This document shows positions 12,696 through 28,529 of a stretch of 64,000 nt of DNA, one piece after another. The position numbers were made by a program, and so were the translations under genes. Each line of letters begins with the position of its first letter. The stretch's first letter is position 1. This stretch comes from Amoebidium appalachense (Eukaryota > Protista > Ichthyosporea), in the NCBI GenBank assembly GCA_963693365.1, contig CAVNZM010000005.1:7572710-7636709 (forward strand). Direction: 5' to 3'. The notes beneath the pieces are model-generated. The model worked only from the letters and a program-made list of their open reading frames with translations, searched no databases and was not told the origin of the DNA.

Positions 12696-13565
12696 AAAAA
12701 AAAAAAAAAAGAACACACACACACACACAAACACACACATACACACACACCGTTTACCCCACACCCCACCCCACCCCATCCCTTGCCCATGGAACAAATA
12801 GGTACCAAAATAGTGAAGATCGCATTAATTAGCAGGTAGCATTAGTCTCTTGTGGCATGCCGAGGTGCCCACCGGGCGCAGGGGGAAAGGGGGGAGAGGG
12901 GGGGGGGGGGGGGGGGGAGACGCAGAGGCCACGTAAAGCTGTTGCATAACTCATACAATAGCACTTGCAAACACAAAGACGTGTGCTGATTGACATCTGA
13001 ACATAACATAGCGTCAACAGACGCTAAGTTATGCAATGGGTTGGGCTTGCGTAGGGGTGCACCTCAGGTGGTGTGTCGTTTGCGGCGACGTGTGTGTTAA
13101 AATTAAACTTTGTTGAATAAACAGCAGTGTATATGTACGGTGTATGAATTTGTCATTGTGGCTACCAGCTATGTCGATATGTTTCTCTTGAAAACATTAA
13201 AAGGAAATAACGTACAAGTTCAGGAAAGGGGGATTAACCCATGCATATATATCGGCAAAGCCAATCATACACTCTGACGTCAAATTGACATCATGCAACC
13301 ATATGCCAACATACTCTTAGATTATGACCGTGCATTAGCACATGCATGGAGGATATAGAAAAAACCTATCATTGGAGACACACCAGTGCAAAGAGTACAT
13401 TGGGCTAGACAGAAGCACGTGTTGTCGGTGAGTGCTCGTTCTAATTTTAGCTTATTTACCTCGCATGCATCGCGATCGAAAACTAAAGCCCATGGGAGTC
13501 TATCTCGCATTCGTAGAATATTCATATCCCCATACTTCGAAATTTAGGCTACACCGGCCAGGAAA

Positions 13566-13764
13566 TTATGAATCGGGCACATGTGTTAGAATGCCCTGCT
13601 TGATGAGGTGCTCTACGTCTGCCTTGCGCACAAAATGCTGCGAATTCTTCTTCAGCTTGAGCGGCCCAAACTCTGCGGAATGTGTGGAATGTCAGTGGTA
13701 TGCATGGAATGGCAGTGAGGGATCCCTCCCCCTCCTCCCCTCACGCTCCCTTTCTCGAAACACA

Positions 13765-13800
<36 letters not shown>

Positions 13801-14204
13801 TTCAGAAAAAATGGACTCTAATATCGCTGGTTGGCTGATGCGAAGAGGGTGGATTAGGCAGACAGAGTAAAGAAGGCATGGAGGTGGGGGCGTAGGGGGG
13901 TAAGGGGGAGAGGGGGGAGGCGGGAACATTAGAGTAGGATATCGCAGTATGGAGCACAAAGCAAAAGCGGATTGCATGATGTGGATATGCAGAAACGAGC
14001 TACCCAGACGGGTATGCATCAAGGCCTTTTAGTTTTAAAAATCCCCCCCCCCCCCTTTTTTTTCTTCCTTTTCTTTCTTTCTTGGGGGAGGAAGGGGGGG
14101 GGGGGGGGGGGGGGGGGGGGAGGGGGGGGTAATACCTGTCTGAATCTCGCCGTAGTCCTTTTCACAGCGCACTTCAATGTAGAGCTCCTTGGGGGGTGTT
14201 AGAT

Positions 14205-14258
<54 letters not shown>

Positions 14259-14587
14259 CACGCGTGTGCGGTGCGAGCGTGCATGTGGTGCGGATGGTGC
14301 GTGCAGGCGTGCGTGCAGTGGAGGCGGGCGGGCGGGCGTACATGCATGCGAGCGTGCGAGCGTGGGTGCGTGGGTGCGTGTAGTGCGTGTGTGCGCTTCT
14401 TTTTTAGTTTTGACAGCCCCGTGGTGTTGCATGATGGGGGTGGAAGTCAAAAAATCACAAAAGGCATTAGACTGTTCAATCAAGACATGACCTCGCATAG
14501 TAAGAGACACATTGCAAAGTGTAAACGATTGACCACTGCATGTCCACCCCCTCCCCACTGCATGTCCACCCCCCCCCCCCTCCCCCC

Positions 14588-14652
<65 letters not shown>

Positions 14653-15997
14653 GAATGCGTCATAAAGTACGAAGTACACAAGAACAAACGGATAACACGA
14701 TGCAGAATGCAAGCCATACATAAAGAGTATGCATAATAAGCAGAGCCCATCCTCAGGGGGGGCCCACGTCATCCACAGTACACGAGTTTCGACCTATTCA
14801 CCTTGTTAACGAAACCCAACTCAGATACTGTTTCACTTGAACATGGGTAGGTCACCCGTCTTGATCAGAGACTAGCAGGGTTGCTTATGCAGGCAAGGGC
14901 AGTGGGGAGGGGGGGGGGGGGGGGGTCAAAGTTGAAACCAAACCAGAGCAATATGTCCTTTCAATGCAATCAGCACTTCAATGTGATCAGTAATTTCAGG
15001 GCAATCAGTACTTTCAGTGCAATCAGTACTCTAAGTGCAATCAGTACTCTCCGTGCAATCAGCACTCAGTGCAATCAGTACCGAGTGCCATCAGTACTCT
15101 CAGTGCAATCAATACTCGTACTCTCGGTGCAATCAGTACTCTCAGTGCAATCAGTGCTTTCAGTGCATTCAGTACTCTCAGTGCAATCAGTAATCTCAGT
15201 GCAATCAGTACTTTAAGTGCAATCAGTACTCTCAGTGCAATCAATTCTTTCAGCGAAAGTAGTACTTTCAGTGAAAGTAGTAGTTTCAGTGCAATTAATA
15301 CTTTCAGCGAACACAGTACTCTCAGTGCAATCAGTACTTTCAATGCAATCAGTACTTTCAGTGCAATCAGTACTGCAATCAGTACTTTCAGTGCAACCAG
15401 TACTTTCAGTCCAATCAGTACTTTTAGTGCAACCAGTACTTTCATTGCAACCAGTACTTTGAGGGTGCTCACCGTTGTCAGGTCCAGGTCACCTATGGCC
15501 TCCATGTATTCATCAAGCAGTGAATTGTACTTTTGGAAAAACAACTGCTCCTGAGCTCCAAGGTTGGTCTGGATTTTGTGGGGGGGGGGGGGAGTTGTGG
15601 AAGGGATGGCGGGAGTGGGGGGATAAGGGGGAGGGGGGTGCTGAGGGGAGAGAAGGGAGAGGAGGGTTAAGGGTGGGGGGGAATGACGGGAAGAGGGGGA
15701 AAAGGGAAGGGGTTTACTGATTAGGTGTTTTGGCAGAGAGATATGGAATGGTTTGACGGGCCAAAAGGAGGAACGGAAGAGGGGTTGGGAAGGAGGGAGC
15801 TTCGGAGGGAGGGAGGCAGAGGGAGGGATGGAGGGAGTGAGGGCGAGGGCGTGGAGAGGGAGGGAGGCAGGGAGTGGGGAGTGGGGCACACGGGTGAGAA
15901 AGAGAAGAGAGAGACGGGGGCAGATAGAGGAGAGAGACGGGGGGAGGGGGGGAGGGGGGAGGGGAGGGGAGGTATGTAGGTGCAAGTGTGTGTGCGT

Positions 15998-16035
<38 letters not shown>

Positions 16036-16055
16036 GGGGGGATTTACCTACTGGA

Positions 16056-16116
<61 letters not shown>

Positions 16117-16162
16117 TGTGTCTGTGCGTGTGTGCGTGTGTGTGTGTGTGTGTGCCTGTGAG

Positions 16163-16234
<72 letters not shown>

Positions 16235-16872
16235 GCACGCGCCGGGGGGGGGGGGGGGGGGGGGGTTGAATGCGGAACACGGTACGAAGTACACATACAC
16301 GACGAGAAGCATGGTGCAGGACACATGCAAAGGCAAACATTCAAGTATGCAACATCAGCCATGCGCACAGTATGCGTCATAAGCAGAGTCCATCCTCAGG
16401 GAGGGCACGGGGGGGGGGGGGGGGGGGGAGGGGGGGACGAGGGGTACCTTTTGTTCGGGCGTAAGCACACTGCCATGTTCATAGCGTAGTCTCCTGACTC
16501 TCTTCATGCGCTCATTTCTGCATCCCCGCCAGAAACATGATTGGTATTAGGGGCTAAATGTAATCGGAAACGAGATCGGTATGATCGATTGGTTAGATTG
16601 GTGGGTACGATGTCAAGCTTGGTGTCTCTCAATGTTTTCACTCCTGACTTCTGACGTGTGAGATAGGTAGGTTAGGAAAGCAAAACGTGTGATTGGATAC
16701 AAGGTCAATATGTGCAATGGGATAATTGATCTAATCGGTTTGATAGGTAATGATGTTGCCTCAATACTCAGTTTCATTTGCTTCGTGTCTCTCTTCGTGG
16801 GCTCATTTCTGGAGGCGGCGGGGGGGGGGGGGGGGGGGGGGGGGGGGGAGGAAGAAAAGATAAATGAGGAAA

Positions 16873-16905
<33 letters not shown>

Positions 16906-17434
16906 GGGGGGGGGGGGGAGGGGGGAACGTAAAGGGTAAAGTGTTGATCGATGTGGGAAAGAATCACAAGGAAGGCACAAGCGAGAAGAGTGAGGGGACG
17001 GACCGGGGGTGGGGTGGGGGGGACGGGGAGGGGGAGGGGGGAGGGGGGAGGGGGGAGGGGGGCAGGCAGGCATACATGTAAGCCATGAGGCATCTGCTAT
17101 TTCTTTGCACCCCCAAGTGGTAGTACCATGCGGCAGGTTGGTGAAGATCTCGGTTCTGGGGGGGGGGGGGGGGGGGGGGGGGAGAAGAAAAAAGAGGTAA
17201 GATAGAATGTTTGACGATGAATGAACCACAACAATAAGGAGGGTGATGGACGAACAATGGGGTGGGGATGAGGGTGGGTGGAAAAGGGCGGCCGGGGTGG
17301 GTGGGTGGGTGGGCGGGGGGAAGGTGGGGGGGAGGGGGAGAAAGGGGGAGGGGGAGGAGGACGGGGATGGGGTGTGGGGTGAGGGGTTGATGTGTGCCAT
17401 GGATCCTGCAAAGGCCCCTCCGGGGTGGGTGGGT

Positions 17435-17465
<31 letters not shown>

Positions 17466-17748
17466 GGTCGGGCAGAAAAGGAGTCACAGAGGAAAAGTTG
17501 GGAGACAGCAAAAAAAACAAAAAAGGGTTGGGGGGGGGGGGGGGAGAGCAGTCGCGCATGCAGCCATCGACAGGTTGGGAAGCATGGCTGCCGGGGTTTA
17601 CGGAGAGCTTTGGTGAGGAAAAGGGATTGCGGTATTAAACAGCACAAACGGCATGAGCACGATATCATGTTGGTAAGAGGCACATGTGAGTGTTTGTGCG
17701 CGAGGGGTGGGGGGGGGAGGTGAAGGTGAGTTGTGTGTGTGTGGGAGG

Positions 17749-17813
<65 letters not shown>

Positions 17814-18591
17814 GGGGAGGGGGAGGGAGGGAGGGGGAGGGGAGGGGAGGAGGGGGCGAGGGGTGGGGGGGGGGGGGGGGGAGAGGTGGGGCAGCACACC
17901 TCTGCCCAACCAGGGGCTTCAATGATTTTGTTGCGCTCAGCAAGGAGAGCCTCCATCTCACGAATCACATTTCGGATCCCGTCATCCTGATGAAACCAAC
18001 CAATCAAATGTGAGTGAAATATACTAAATAAGGCTAAGTGGCAATGTGTATGTACAACCGAAAGTAAATGTATAGGAAGAAAATGTGTGCTTGAGTTTTA
18101 TTGTCCACAACCAACAACACGCCTTGGTTTCTAGTGCTAGAATGTTTACTGTACGGTTTCCACAAGTAAAAAAAATACGCACCAGTTCGCCTCTTCTTCC
18201 TCCCAGCCATCTACAAACAAAATATATCAACAACGGCGATTCAGACGACGGTGATAATAACAAAAAACCAAAATAAAAATAAATGTAGAAAAAACAATGA
18301 TATCAACACCCTGATAAACAATAATAACCATGAGAAAAAAGACGCGGGCAGGGTGGTGGGTGGTGGTTGGGGGGGGGGGGGGGGGGGGGGGGGGGCAAGG
18401 CAGATCTAGAATCGGTGCATATAACTTCCGACCACGCAATGTACACAAATGACTGATGGTTCGGAAGTTTTTGTGCATGACATTGGACCAATCCGGGTGA
18501 GTTTGCCCAGAGAGTATGCGCCAACTGACACGTGCATCTACAGAGGCACGCCTGCCCACGACATGTGCACACGTGTCTGTGGAATAACTGA

Positions 18592-18648
<57 letters not shown>

Positions 18649-18739
18649 ACAAGAAAAATCAACACGATGTCTGTTCAAGCCATAAGAATTCACGAAATCA
18701 ACACACACACACAGTTTCCGGCCAAGCGCAATTACACGG

Positions 18740-18783
<44 letters not shown>

Positions 18784-18872
18784 CGTCAGCAACGTGCACC
18801 TACGTTAAATGGCGGTAGCTCCTGTGTGCGTTTCAACTCCCGCACGAGATCTAGAGCTTTCTGTGCAAACAT
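13566..18872 (-). CDS. GINS1: DNA replication complex GINS subunit Psf1, 192 aa
   Basis: Exons 18804-18872, 17900-17986, 17076-17155, 16448-16517, 15473-15568, 14136-14205, 13566-13672 (579 nt, in frame). Translation [120 protein letters not shown] matches the Psf1 pattern. Confidence 0.96.
14651..14905 (-). mobile_element. Intronic dispersed repeat, long copy (Psf1 intron 5)
   Basis: On + it reads ttgaatgcgtcataaagtacgaag...cagagcccatcctcaggg...cccgtcttgatcagagactagcagggttgcttatgc; G-runs on both sides. Confidence 0.9.
14965..15460. repeat. 18-bp minisatellite (tcagtgcaatcagtactt, built from two 9-bp subunits) in Psf1 intron 5
   Basis: About 27 degenerate tandem copies starting about 12 nt inside the donor at 15472. 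Confidence 0.93.
16266..16405 (-). mobile_element. Intronic dispersed repeat copy (Psf1 intron 4), subfamily with internal insertion
   Basis: Nearly identical to 48363-48503 (ttgaatgcggaacacggtac...catcctcagggagg); flanked by G-runs. Confidence 0.9.
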
Positions 18873-18985
18873 TTTCACTTCTTTTTTATGACCTGTAGGA
18901 TGAAAGGGGAACGATGCGAGGTAGGAGAGGCTCTGGAAGCCGGTATGGTTGGAAAAGGGAGCGCCCGGGGGGGGGGGGGGGGGGG

Positions 18986-19078
18986 GATTAGACTCCGTTA
19001 AAGATTCAGAAGTTACAGACTGACGACGGACAACATAATGCAGATTTCGAAAAGCACACACAAAGAGTATATAACATT
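18986..19078 (-). mobile_element. Degenerate copy of the intronic repeat in a probable Psf1 5'-UTR intron
   Basis: ttagactccgttaaagattcagaag..ggacaacataatgcag..cacacaaagagtatataa aligns with the reverse complement of 4700-4777; a CAG acceptor at about 18893 lies upstream of the ATG. Confidence 0.55.
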
Positions 19079-19788
19079 GGCGGGAGAGGAGGGGGGGGGG
19101 GGGGGGGGGGGGGGCTTAAGGGAAGGTAATGGGGAAGGGATGGTTGTGGGGGGAAGGGGGGGGGGGGGGGGAGGCATGCGGCACGGGGGCAAGGGGAGGG
19201 GGGGGGGGTATGCGGCGCGGAGTGAGAGGGGGAGGGGAGGGGGGAGGGTGAGGAGGGGGAAAGGTGGGTGGGGGGAGGGGGGGGGGAGGTGTCTTGAAGA
19301 GAACTAAGAAACGACACGCTTTAGCACAGCCTCACAAGCCTGTATGTGTGTTCTTGACTACTTCGCATGTTTTTCACAGCTACCTCTGAAAGGCTGTCCG
19401 AAGACAGATCTACTCGATTTAATGTTCTTTCAGAGTGTGTGTGGCCACGTTTACTTTGGCGCCGTTAACCGTGTGTGTATATGTGCTTTTGTCGTGTGCT
19501 CATGCCATATTTGGGTTTGCCATATTATGGCAGTTAAAGGGATGTGTAGCAAAAACGAGACCTTTATTTCCTACTACCGTTCCTAATTCTCTTCCTTTTG
19601 GGAAGTGTCTTTTCTTGACACAGTGTAGCTAAGACATGTATCCCTATTCCTATACACAAAATATTCTTCTTCTGTATAGAATTTCATGTCCACGCATGTG
19701 TAAGTGGTTGCGATACTGCGAACATTCGTGCTGTAAAGAGGGGTGTTTGTGAAAAAACGTCCTAAAATATCACTCCCCCTCCCTCCCT

Positions 19789-19819
<31 letters not shown>

Positions 19820-19842
19820 AACCACCACCACCACCACTACTA

Positions 19843-19957
<115 letters not shown>

Positions 19958-20692
19958 ACCACCACCACTACCACCATCCCTCCCGCCCCCTGTCCTCCTC
20001 CCCCCCCCTCTGCCCCCCACTTTCCTCCTCCCCATCACGCCCCCTGCCCCACACCTTTTTCATAAGAAATGTGTCGCAGTTTCCAGCGATGGTTAGAAAC
20101 ATCTGTAACCCTACAAAAAAAAAAACGGGGCTCACCTGTTAATCCCGGTAGCGCTTCCTAAGAAATCCCCTGCCCCGACAGAAGGTTGTAGTTTGGGCTG
20201 CCAGCTCGCCAATCCAATTAAATTACTCGTTTGGATGTACTGGAAGACCAAAGAAGAAAGGAAAAAGAAGAAAAGAAGAGGGGAAAAGAGAATATGAGTT
20301 GTTGAGGAAAAAAGTGCGTTTACATCTATGTGAGAGGATGTGTGTTTGCATGCGTGTGTGTGTGTGTTGGGCGAGGGGGGGGGGGGGGGGGGGGGGGGAG
20401 GGGGAGAATGACCCGGACTATGCTAAAAGCAAAACTTCCTCAGCAGGCTTAAAATACAGTTACATACGAACAAAACGCAACAGTCTAGCTAGCCTATGAC
20501 AAAAGATTTTTTTGGTTAAAACTACCTAGAACACCTATAAAAGTGAAAGGCGAACGGTGTTTCACTGCATTAGTTCTTGTCAGCTCAAAATAAGCTCAAA
20601 GGCGCGCAGAAGTTTTCGCGCCAAAAGCATCTGGGTGGTGACGGCTAAGCCAATCACACAGCGCTACGGCAGATCCAATCAGATGCCTTTAC

Positions 20693-20786
<94 letters not shown>

Positions 20787-20817
20787 CCAGCTGACACCGA
20801 GTGTCCCAGAGGAGCCC

Positions 20818-20852
<35 letters not shown>

Positions 20853-21127
20853 GGGGAACCCCAACTAATTGATTTCTCTTTGTAGCCTTTATGGTGTCTC
20901 GTAGAGAAAGTAAACCCTGATATATAGTCATCACCCGACATCTATGTACGTGATCATGATATACCGCTGAGGGGATATTCCGAGCAAAACCCCCCCCATA
21001 CCTGAGACTGGTTTCTCTTTGCCTCGAGTAAACAGCGTAAACCCCCCCTTTACATTTATACAAGCCGCGTTCCACATGTTGCAACACTTTCGAAACCCAG
21101 CATCATTGCCCATGTGTGAACCGTGAG

Positions 21128-21407
<280 letters not shown>

Positions 21408-22739
21408 CTGCGTCACACTGTGCGTGTATGCACGTAAGTGTGTGTGGGTATGGGTGCATGTGTACGATGTGCGTACGTGTGTGCCTGTTGTGTGAGCATG
21501 TGTCCGTGCGTATGACACAGTACCGTGTTTGTCTTTGTGTTTGTGTTTGTGTGATTAATCATTGCATGTGTGTGTGACACTGCATGTGTTCGTTTGTGCG
21601 TGCCCGTGTGCGTGTGTGTGTCACGGTGTGGTGTATGTGTGTGTGCGTGTGGCGTGTGTGTCACGGTGTGGTGTGTGTGTGTGTGTGCGTGTGGCGTGTG
21701 TGTATGTGTGTGACTGTGTGCACGTGTGGTGACATATGGTGTGTGTGTGTGCCAACAGTGCGTCACGGTGTTCACCTGGGCGTGCATACACATGCATGTG
21801 CACATGTATGCACGTGTGTGCAAGTGTGAACCAGTGTGGTGCACGTGTCGCAGATCAATCTACATGTATGTCTCTATTATTAGACGTGTGCCCGGCAGTG
21901 GACCGATGGTGGACTAGTGTGGCCACGTGCATGCACGGGGTGATGACGATGGTGCATATTAGATAATATTAGTCACTGTAATTATAATGGAGTTCACGTT
22001 GGTAGCTCGTCATTAGTTACATAATAACGACATAACGACCTATTAGTTACATAATCCGAGCTCTGGACACAGTTTCGGTTGGATTGTCCCCAGCTTTCCT
22101 CTTTCCTTGAACATTTTTCAAATTAATCAAACTTCAGTTTATTTCGGTAGTACAACAACCCATCAAGCTTGGGAGATGATAGTACAGTTACAGCATAGTA
22201 GACTAGTGGTACTGCACACTCACGTATTTCAGTGACTCGTCAATAGCGAACGTTAGTACCAGTACAAACATTGTCTAATCTAAAGTAACATACTTCAGCT
22301 ACACGTATGAATATGCCCTCCTTTGCCGCAAAAAATCGATCGCACAATATAAGCGAATTAATCTAATCTAAGTTTAAAAATCCTCAACAAAGCAATTAAA
22401 TAACTTGATAAAAACGAAACAGGAGCCTTCCACAAAGACAAAACATTCAATAAGACACAGGCACACTATGTGGGCGCCAAATGTGATGCAGTACAAGCAG
22501 AAGTTCGCATTGAAAGTCTGGTGTATGCTACAAATTTATATCCAAAACTTGAAACTTTTGGCCTGCGTGCACTGTGTGTATGCGCATTGTAATGACGGCT
22601 ATACGTATGTATGTGTGTGTTGTGTGCGCTGGCTTGAGTATTCAATGGGGAAGCAACAAAAAGCAAATCTATAATTAGTGCTCACATCCGTCTACATAAC
22701 CACTATCATAAACCGCCAATTTTCTCTGTCTAATTCCTA

Positions 22740-24507
22740 CTACACACGTCTCCGTGTAGTAGTTGTAGTTGTAGTTGTTGCTATCCTACGGGTGGTGGTG
22801 GTGGTGGCTCTCGTGGTGGGTGGGCGCACCAACGCTGACACTTTCATAGTGGTGGTTGCAGTGGTCTGTCGCATGGTTGTTCGTGTTGTTGTTGTCGCAG
22901 CAGGTCTCGCTTGAGTGGTTGTTGTTGTTGTTGTTGTTTTCGTTGTTGTTGTTGTTTTCGTTGTTGTTGTTGTTTTTTTCGTTGTTGTTGTTGTTGTTTT
23001 CGTTGTTGTCCTGGATCCGGAAGCAACGGCGGCTGGAGTCACCACCGGGCTTGGAGTCACAATCGGCTGCGTAGGTGTAGGGGTTGCAGGGATAAGTGTT
23101 GGTGTATTGAAGGGGGTAGAAGGGAATAGCGTTGGCGTGGGAATGGGTGGATTTACAGGCGTAGGCGCAACGGGTGGGGTTGCGACGATTCCTCCCGCCG
23201 ATGGTGAAATCGGTGGCCGGGGCCCGCCCATGACTGAATGGAGGTAGGTGCTCGTGACTGTTATTTGCACCGGGGGGAGAGTGAAGAGGATCTCTGAAAC
23301 GATCTGCGAGGTGATGTACTTCGTCTGTTGGATAACGGTGCGGAGGGAGGAAAGGGTGAGAGGTGGGTTGGTGTATGCTGTGGTCGTCGTTCCGGGGGTG
23401 GGGATGACTGTGTTTGTGGTGGGGGCGATGGGGGCGGGGGTGGTGGTGGTGACAGCGGCTTGGGAGAGACTCTGAAGGACTGCACGCTGGTCCAAGTACT
23501 GTTGCATGAGTTGGGCCCTGGAGGTGGCCTTTTCGCTGATGGAAAGGATTTGGGCCTCCGCGGTGTTGCACTGTGGAGGAGGAGACAGGGGGGGGGAGGG
23601 GGGGAGGGGGTGGGGGGAGGGGGGAAGGGGTTGAGGTGGTGGTGGGTTGAAGAAAATGACTGGGGAAGAGGAGGGGTGGGGGAGAGGGAGGGGGGACGGA
23701 TGTTGGCGAGGTTACAGCAGAAGGAGGGGGGGGGGGGGGGGGGGGATGTTGGCTGGGTTGCTCGGCAGGATGGCAACGGGACGGGGGAGGATGGGGGTGG
23801 GGGTCAGGCAGGGAATGTGCAAGGGGTTGGAACACAAACACGATTCGTGAAAGCATTTCTAATGGCAATTATGTATGAGCGCTCGAGAAGATAATCAAAG
23901 AGAAATGGGGTGGGGGGGGGGGGGGGGGGGGGGGGGTAGGAAGGCCTTCCGGAGTACAGAGGTCACATTCAGACGAAAAACACGTACTTCGATTTAGCAA
24001 GGCATGTGCACAAAGTATGCATTCTAAATAGAGCCCATCTTCAGTGGAGGCCCGATTTAGCAAGGCATGTGCACAAAGTATGCATTCTAAATAGAGCCCA
24101 TCTTCAGTGGAGGCCCAAGTGGGCCACACAACCCCAGTGTTCTTGGTTTATTCCGCTTACATAATTGCGGAGCAAGGGAATGTGGTGCAGTGTAAGCTTG
24201 TTTTGCATGTGTTTATTTATGGGACCCGGTTTCCCCCCCGACATTAACTCTCCCAGGGGGATAAATAGGTAGGTGTGCAGGTGTGTGTGTGTGTGTGTGT
24301 GGCTGGTGGGGGGGGGGGGGGGGGGGGGACGGGGGGAACCTGAGCGGTCAGGTTTGCTGAAGTAGCATTATATGCTGTTTTAAGGTCAGCCAGTTTCTTG
24401 CGTAGGACATCTCGTTGGGCAATGGCCGTTTCACGGATCTGTGTAAAAAATGTAAGTTGGAATGGATGGAAGGACAGGTGTGTGCGAGTGTGCGAGTGTG
24501 CGAGTGC

Positions 24508-24604
<97 letters not shown>

Positions 24605-25603
24605 TGTGTGTGTGTGTGTCTGGATGCGTTAGCACACTTGTGCGGTTGTGTGTGTGTGTGTGGCCCCCAGAGGAGATGGGAGGGGGGAGGGGAAGCGAAG
24701 AGAGACGGGAATGGATTATCATACGCTTGCGAACAAGCAGATCCCATGCAGTGGTGGTGTTAGTGTGGAGGTGGGTGCCAGCAGTATTACCTTTGAAGGG
24801 GAAGGGGAGGGGGGGGGAGTGGGGGGGGAGTGGGGGGGGGGGGGGGGGGGGAGTTAGTAGCATGCATCAAAGAGTACGAAGGACAGCACCATACAGAAGT
24901 TGCAGAGGACACACAAAAAATATGCGTTAATAGAAGCAGAGCCAATCCTCAGGGGTGGCCCAAGTCATCCAGACGACAGTATTTTGGACCCATACGATGG
25001 GGAGAAGGTGGATTGTTGTTGTGTGTGTGTGGGGGGGGGGGGGGGGGGGGGGGGGTTGTATGCGTTAGAGGGTCGGAAATATGGAGGAGACAACAAAAAG
25101 CAACAACAAAAACGTCACGGGGGGGGGGGGGGGGGGGGGGGGTATTTCAATGTGGGATGTGATGCACCTTTTGAGTTCCATCCTCACTTAGTCTCGTGCC
25201 TGCGAGTAACGTTTGTATGTGTCTCTGCGATGATGTAAATGGATGTGCATGTGTCTGGGCCGGAGAGTGTGCCTATCCCAGAAGCATGTGAAATGGGCTG
25301 TGAATGGTGTGTGCGTGTGTCAGCTGTACATGTGCAACCCACGGGTTTCGGGATAGCGTGCTTTTGTGTTTGCGTACATGTGTGCATGTTGTGTGTGCAT
25401 GTGTGTGTGTGTGTGTGCGTGTGTCTGCGCGCGCGCGCGCATGTGTGTGTGTATGCAGGTGCATGTGGGCGCATCCACCAATAAAACTTCGCTTTGTTTT
25501 ATCTGTTTGGGCGCACTAACACAGCAATACAGCAAACCGTGAGATGTAGGAAGGCCGTGAGGAAGTAACCAAGAGGCATCTTATATATATATATATATAT
25601 ATT

Positions 25604-25647
<44 letters not shown>

Positions 25648-26010
25648 AAAAAGACAAATATGCGGACAGGCAGGCAGTATGTGTGTGTGTTTGGTTGGGG
25701 GGGGAGGGGAGGGGGGGGGGGGGGGAAGAGGGTGTGTGCATACGGTAGTAGTCTTAATGCTCTCCTGCTCCTCTACCGTCATGTAGTTGTTCTGTATGGC
25801 TGTGGCATTGGCCAGCAGAGCCTGCTTGATCGCCTCACGTGCAGTCAGCTGCGCCGGCGTAAACTGCCTGAAAAATTACAGCGAAAATTGGGTTAGAACC
25901 GCACCCTCACAGAGAAAATTCTGGTTAGAACTCTGTCACCCCCTCTTCCACCCCCCCCCCCCCCCCCCCCGCCTTTTTTTTGTTGGCAGAAATGCCTCTC
26001 CCCCTGCCTC

Positions 26011-26044
<34 letters not shown>

Positions 26045-26170
26045 CCCACCACCACCACCACCACCACCCACCCACCCACACAACCACCCCACCCCTCGTC
26101 CCCAAATCCATCTCGGGAATGAGGCTGAGCCCTCCCCGGGGGATGTTCCCAATCACCCAAACTTTCAGGT

Positions 26171-26211
<41 letters not shown>

Positions 26212-26292
26212 AAAAACACAAACACACAAACAAACCACCACCACCTAAACGAGGCTCCTGTGTGTATATACATAAACATGTTACCCCCCCCC

Positions 26293-26323
<31 letters not shown>

Positions 26324-27589
26324 ACACGCACATACACACACATTTACTATGACATTCCTACTTTTCAATTAATTTATGAAAACTACACACACACACACGC
26401 ACATACACACACATTTGCTATGATATTCTTACTTTGTAATTAATTTATGAAAATTACACACACACACACGCACATACACACACATTTACTATGACATTCC
26501 TATGTTTTAATTAATTTATGAAAACCACACACACACACACACATACACACACATCTACTATGACATTCCTACTTTTTAACTAATTTATGAAAACTACACA
26601 CACACACACGCACATACACACACATTCACTATGATATTTCTACTTTTTAATTAATTTATGAAAACTACACACACACACACACGCACATACACACACATTT
26701 ACTATGATATCCCTTGTTTTTATATAAATTTATGAAAACTAACACACACACACACGCACATACACACATATTCACTATGATATTCCTACTTTTTAATTAA
26801 TTTATGAAAACTACAAACACACACGCACATACACACACATTCACTATGATATTCCTACTTTTTAATTAATTTATGAAAACCACACACACGCACACGCACA
26901 TACACACACATTTACTATGACATTCCTACTTTTTTAACTAATTTATGAAAACCACACACACACACACATACACACACATTCACTATGATATTCCTGCTTT
27001 TTAATTAATTTATGAAAACTACACACACACACGCACATACACACACATTTACTATGACATTCCTACTTTTTAATTAATTTATGAAAACTACACACACACA
27101 AACACGCACATACACACACATTTACTATGACATTCCTACTTTTCAATTAATTTATGAAAACTACACACACACACACACACACATACACACACATTTACTA
27201 TGATATTCGTACTTTCCAATTAATTTATGAAAACTACACACACACACACACACATACACACACATTTACTATGATATTCCTACTTTTTAATTAATTCATG
27301 AAAACTACACACACACACACGCACATACACACACATTTACTATGATATTCTACTTTTTAATTAATTTATGAAAACTACACACACACACACACACGTGCAC
27401 GTACTTGACCCTCTCCTCTGCGTCCATGGCATCCATCTTGCCCAGCAGCTCTTGAAGCAGGTCATTGGTCAACTGTGCAAGCGCTGCCATCTTCTCATTG
27501 GACGCCTGCAGAGTGGGGTAAGAGAGGGGGGCAAAAACGGCATGAGAGTTGGCGTGAGAACAGGGAGGAGAGGGTTCTTTTTCGTTTGG

Positions 27590-27683
<94 letters not shown>

Positions 27684-28280
27684 CGCGCGCGTGCCTGCAA
27701 GGAGGGGGGGTGGTGGTGGGGAGGATCGAAAAGTGTTCCATAGTATAACACATCCGGACACATTAACAACCAAGAGGACGCAACACACAAACAGCGGCTC
27801 ACCCCGTGGGGATGGGTGAGGGGGGAGGGGGGAAGGGAGGAAAACAGATTTGAACAGCAGCGGTAGAGTTGGGAAAAGTCAGTGATACTAGAACTGGCTG
27901 GGTTCATAGGGGGTGGGCGGGGAGTAATGGAGATGAGGGGAAGAGGGGGGGGGGGGGGGAAGGGGGGGGGGGGGGGAAGAGGGGAGGGAGGGGGGAGGGG
28001 GGAGGGGGGAAGAGGGGAGGGAGGGGGGGGGGGGGGGGGGGAGATGGCTGCAGAAGGGAATGACCCGGAAGGTTAACGGAGCACATGAAGATTCAAACTT
28101 TGGGTGCTATTATGGGGAAGTGCTCTTGGGGCGGGGGGAGGTTGGGGTAAGTGGGTGAGTGGGGGGGGGGGGGGGGGGGGGGGGTTGGAATGGGGGTTGG
28201 AGGGGGGAGGGGGGAGATTAACGATTCAACGAGAGTGGATCGAATGGGGGGAGCGAAATCAGAGATATAACCATACTGCG

Positions 28281-28320
<40 letters not shown>

Positions 28321-28492
28321 ACCCCTCCCCCCTCCGCCCCCTTCTCCAGCCTCCCCTTTTCCCCCAAAAATCCCATGTGATCCCCCCCCCCCCCCCCCCC
28401 CCCCCCCACCCCCCCCACAAAAAAAAAAAAAAAAAAACGAAAAGAAAAAGAAAAGAAGCAAGATCTTGTGAAGGAAAACCCACTGAAGTGTG

Positions 28493-28529
<37 letters not shown>

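Noticed and set aside
15059-15554. ORFs with SAISTL or ALKVLI repeats that look like a solenoid or antifreeze protein
   Set aside because: They are translations of the 18-bp minisatellite inside Psf1 intron 5; the Psf1 exon ends at a clean GT at 15472.
26310-27395. Regularly spaced repeats resembling a CRISPR array
   Set aside because: There are no unique spacers (only variable CA length), no cas genes, and the array lies in a eukaryotic intron.
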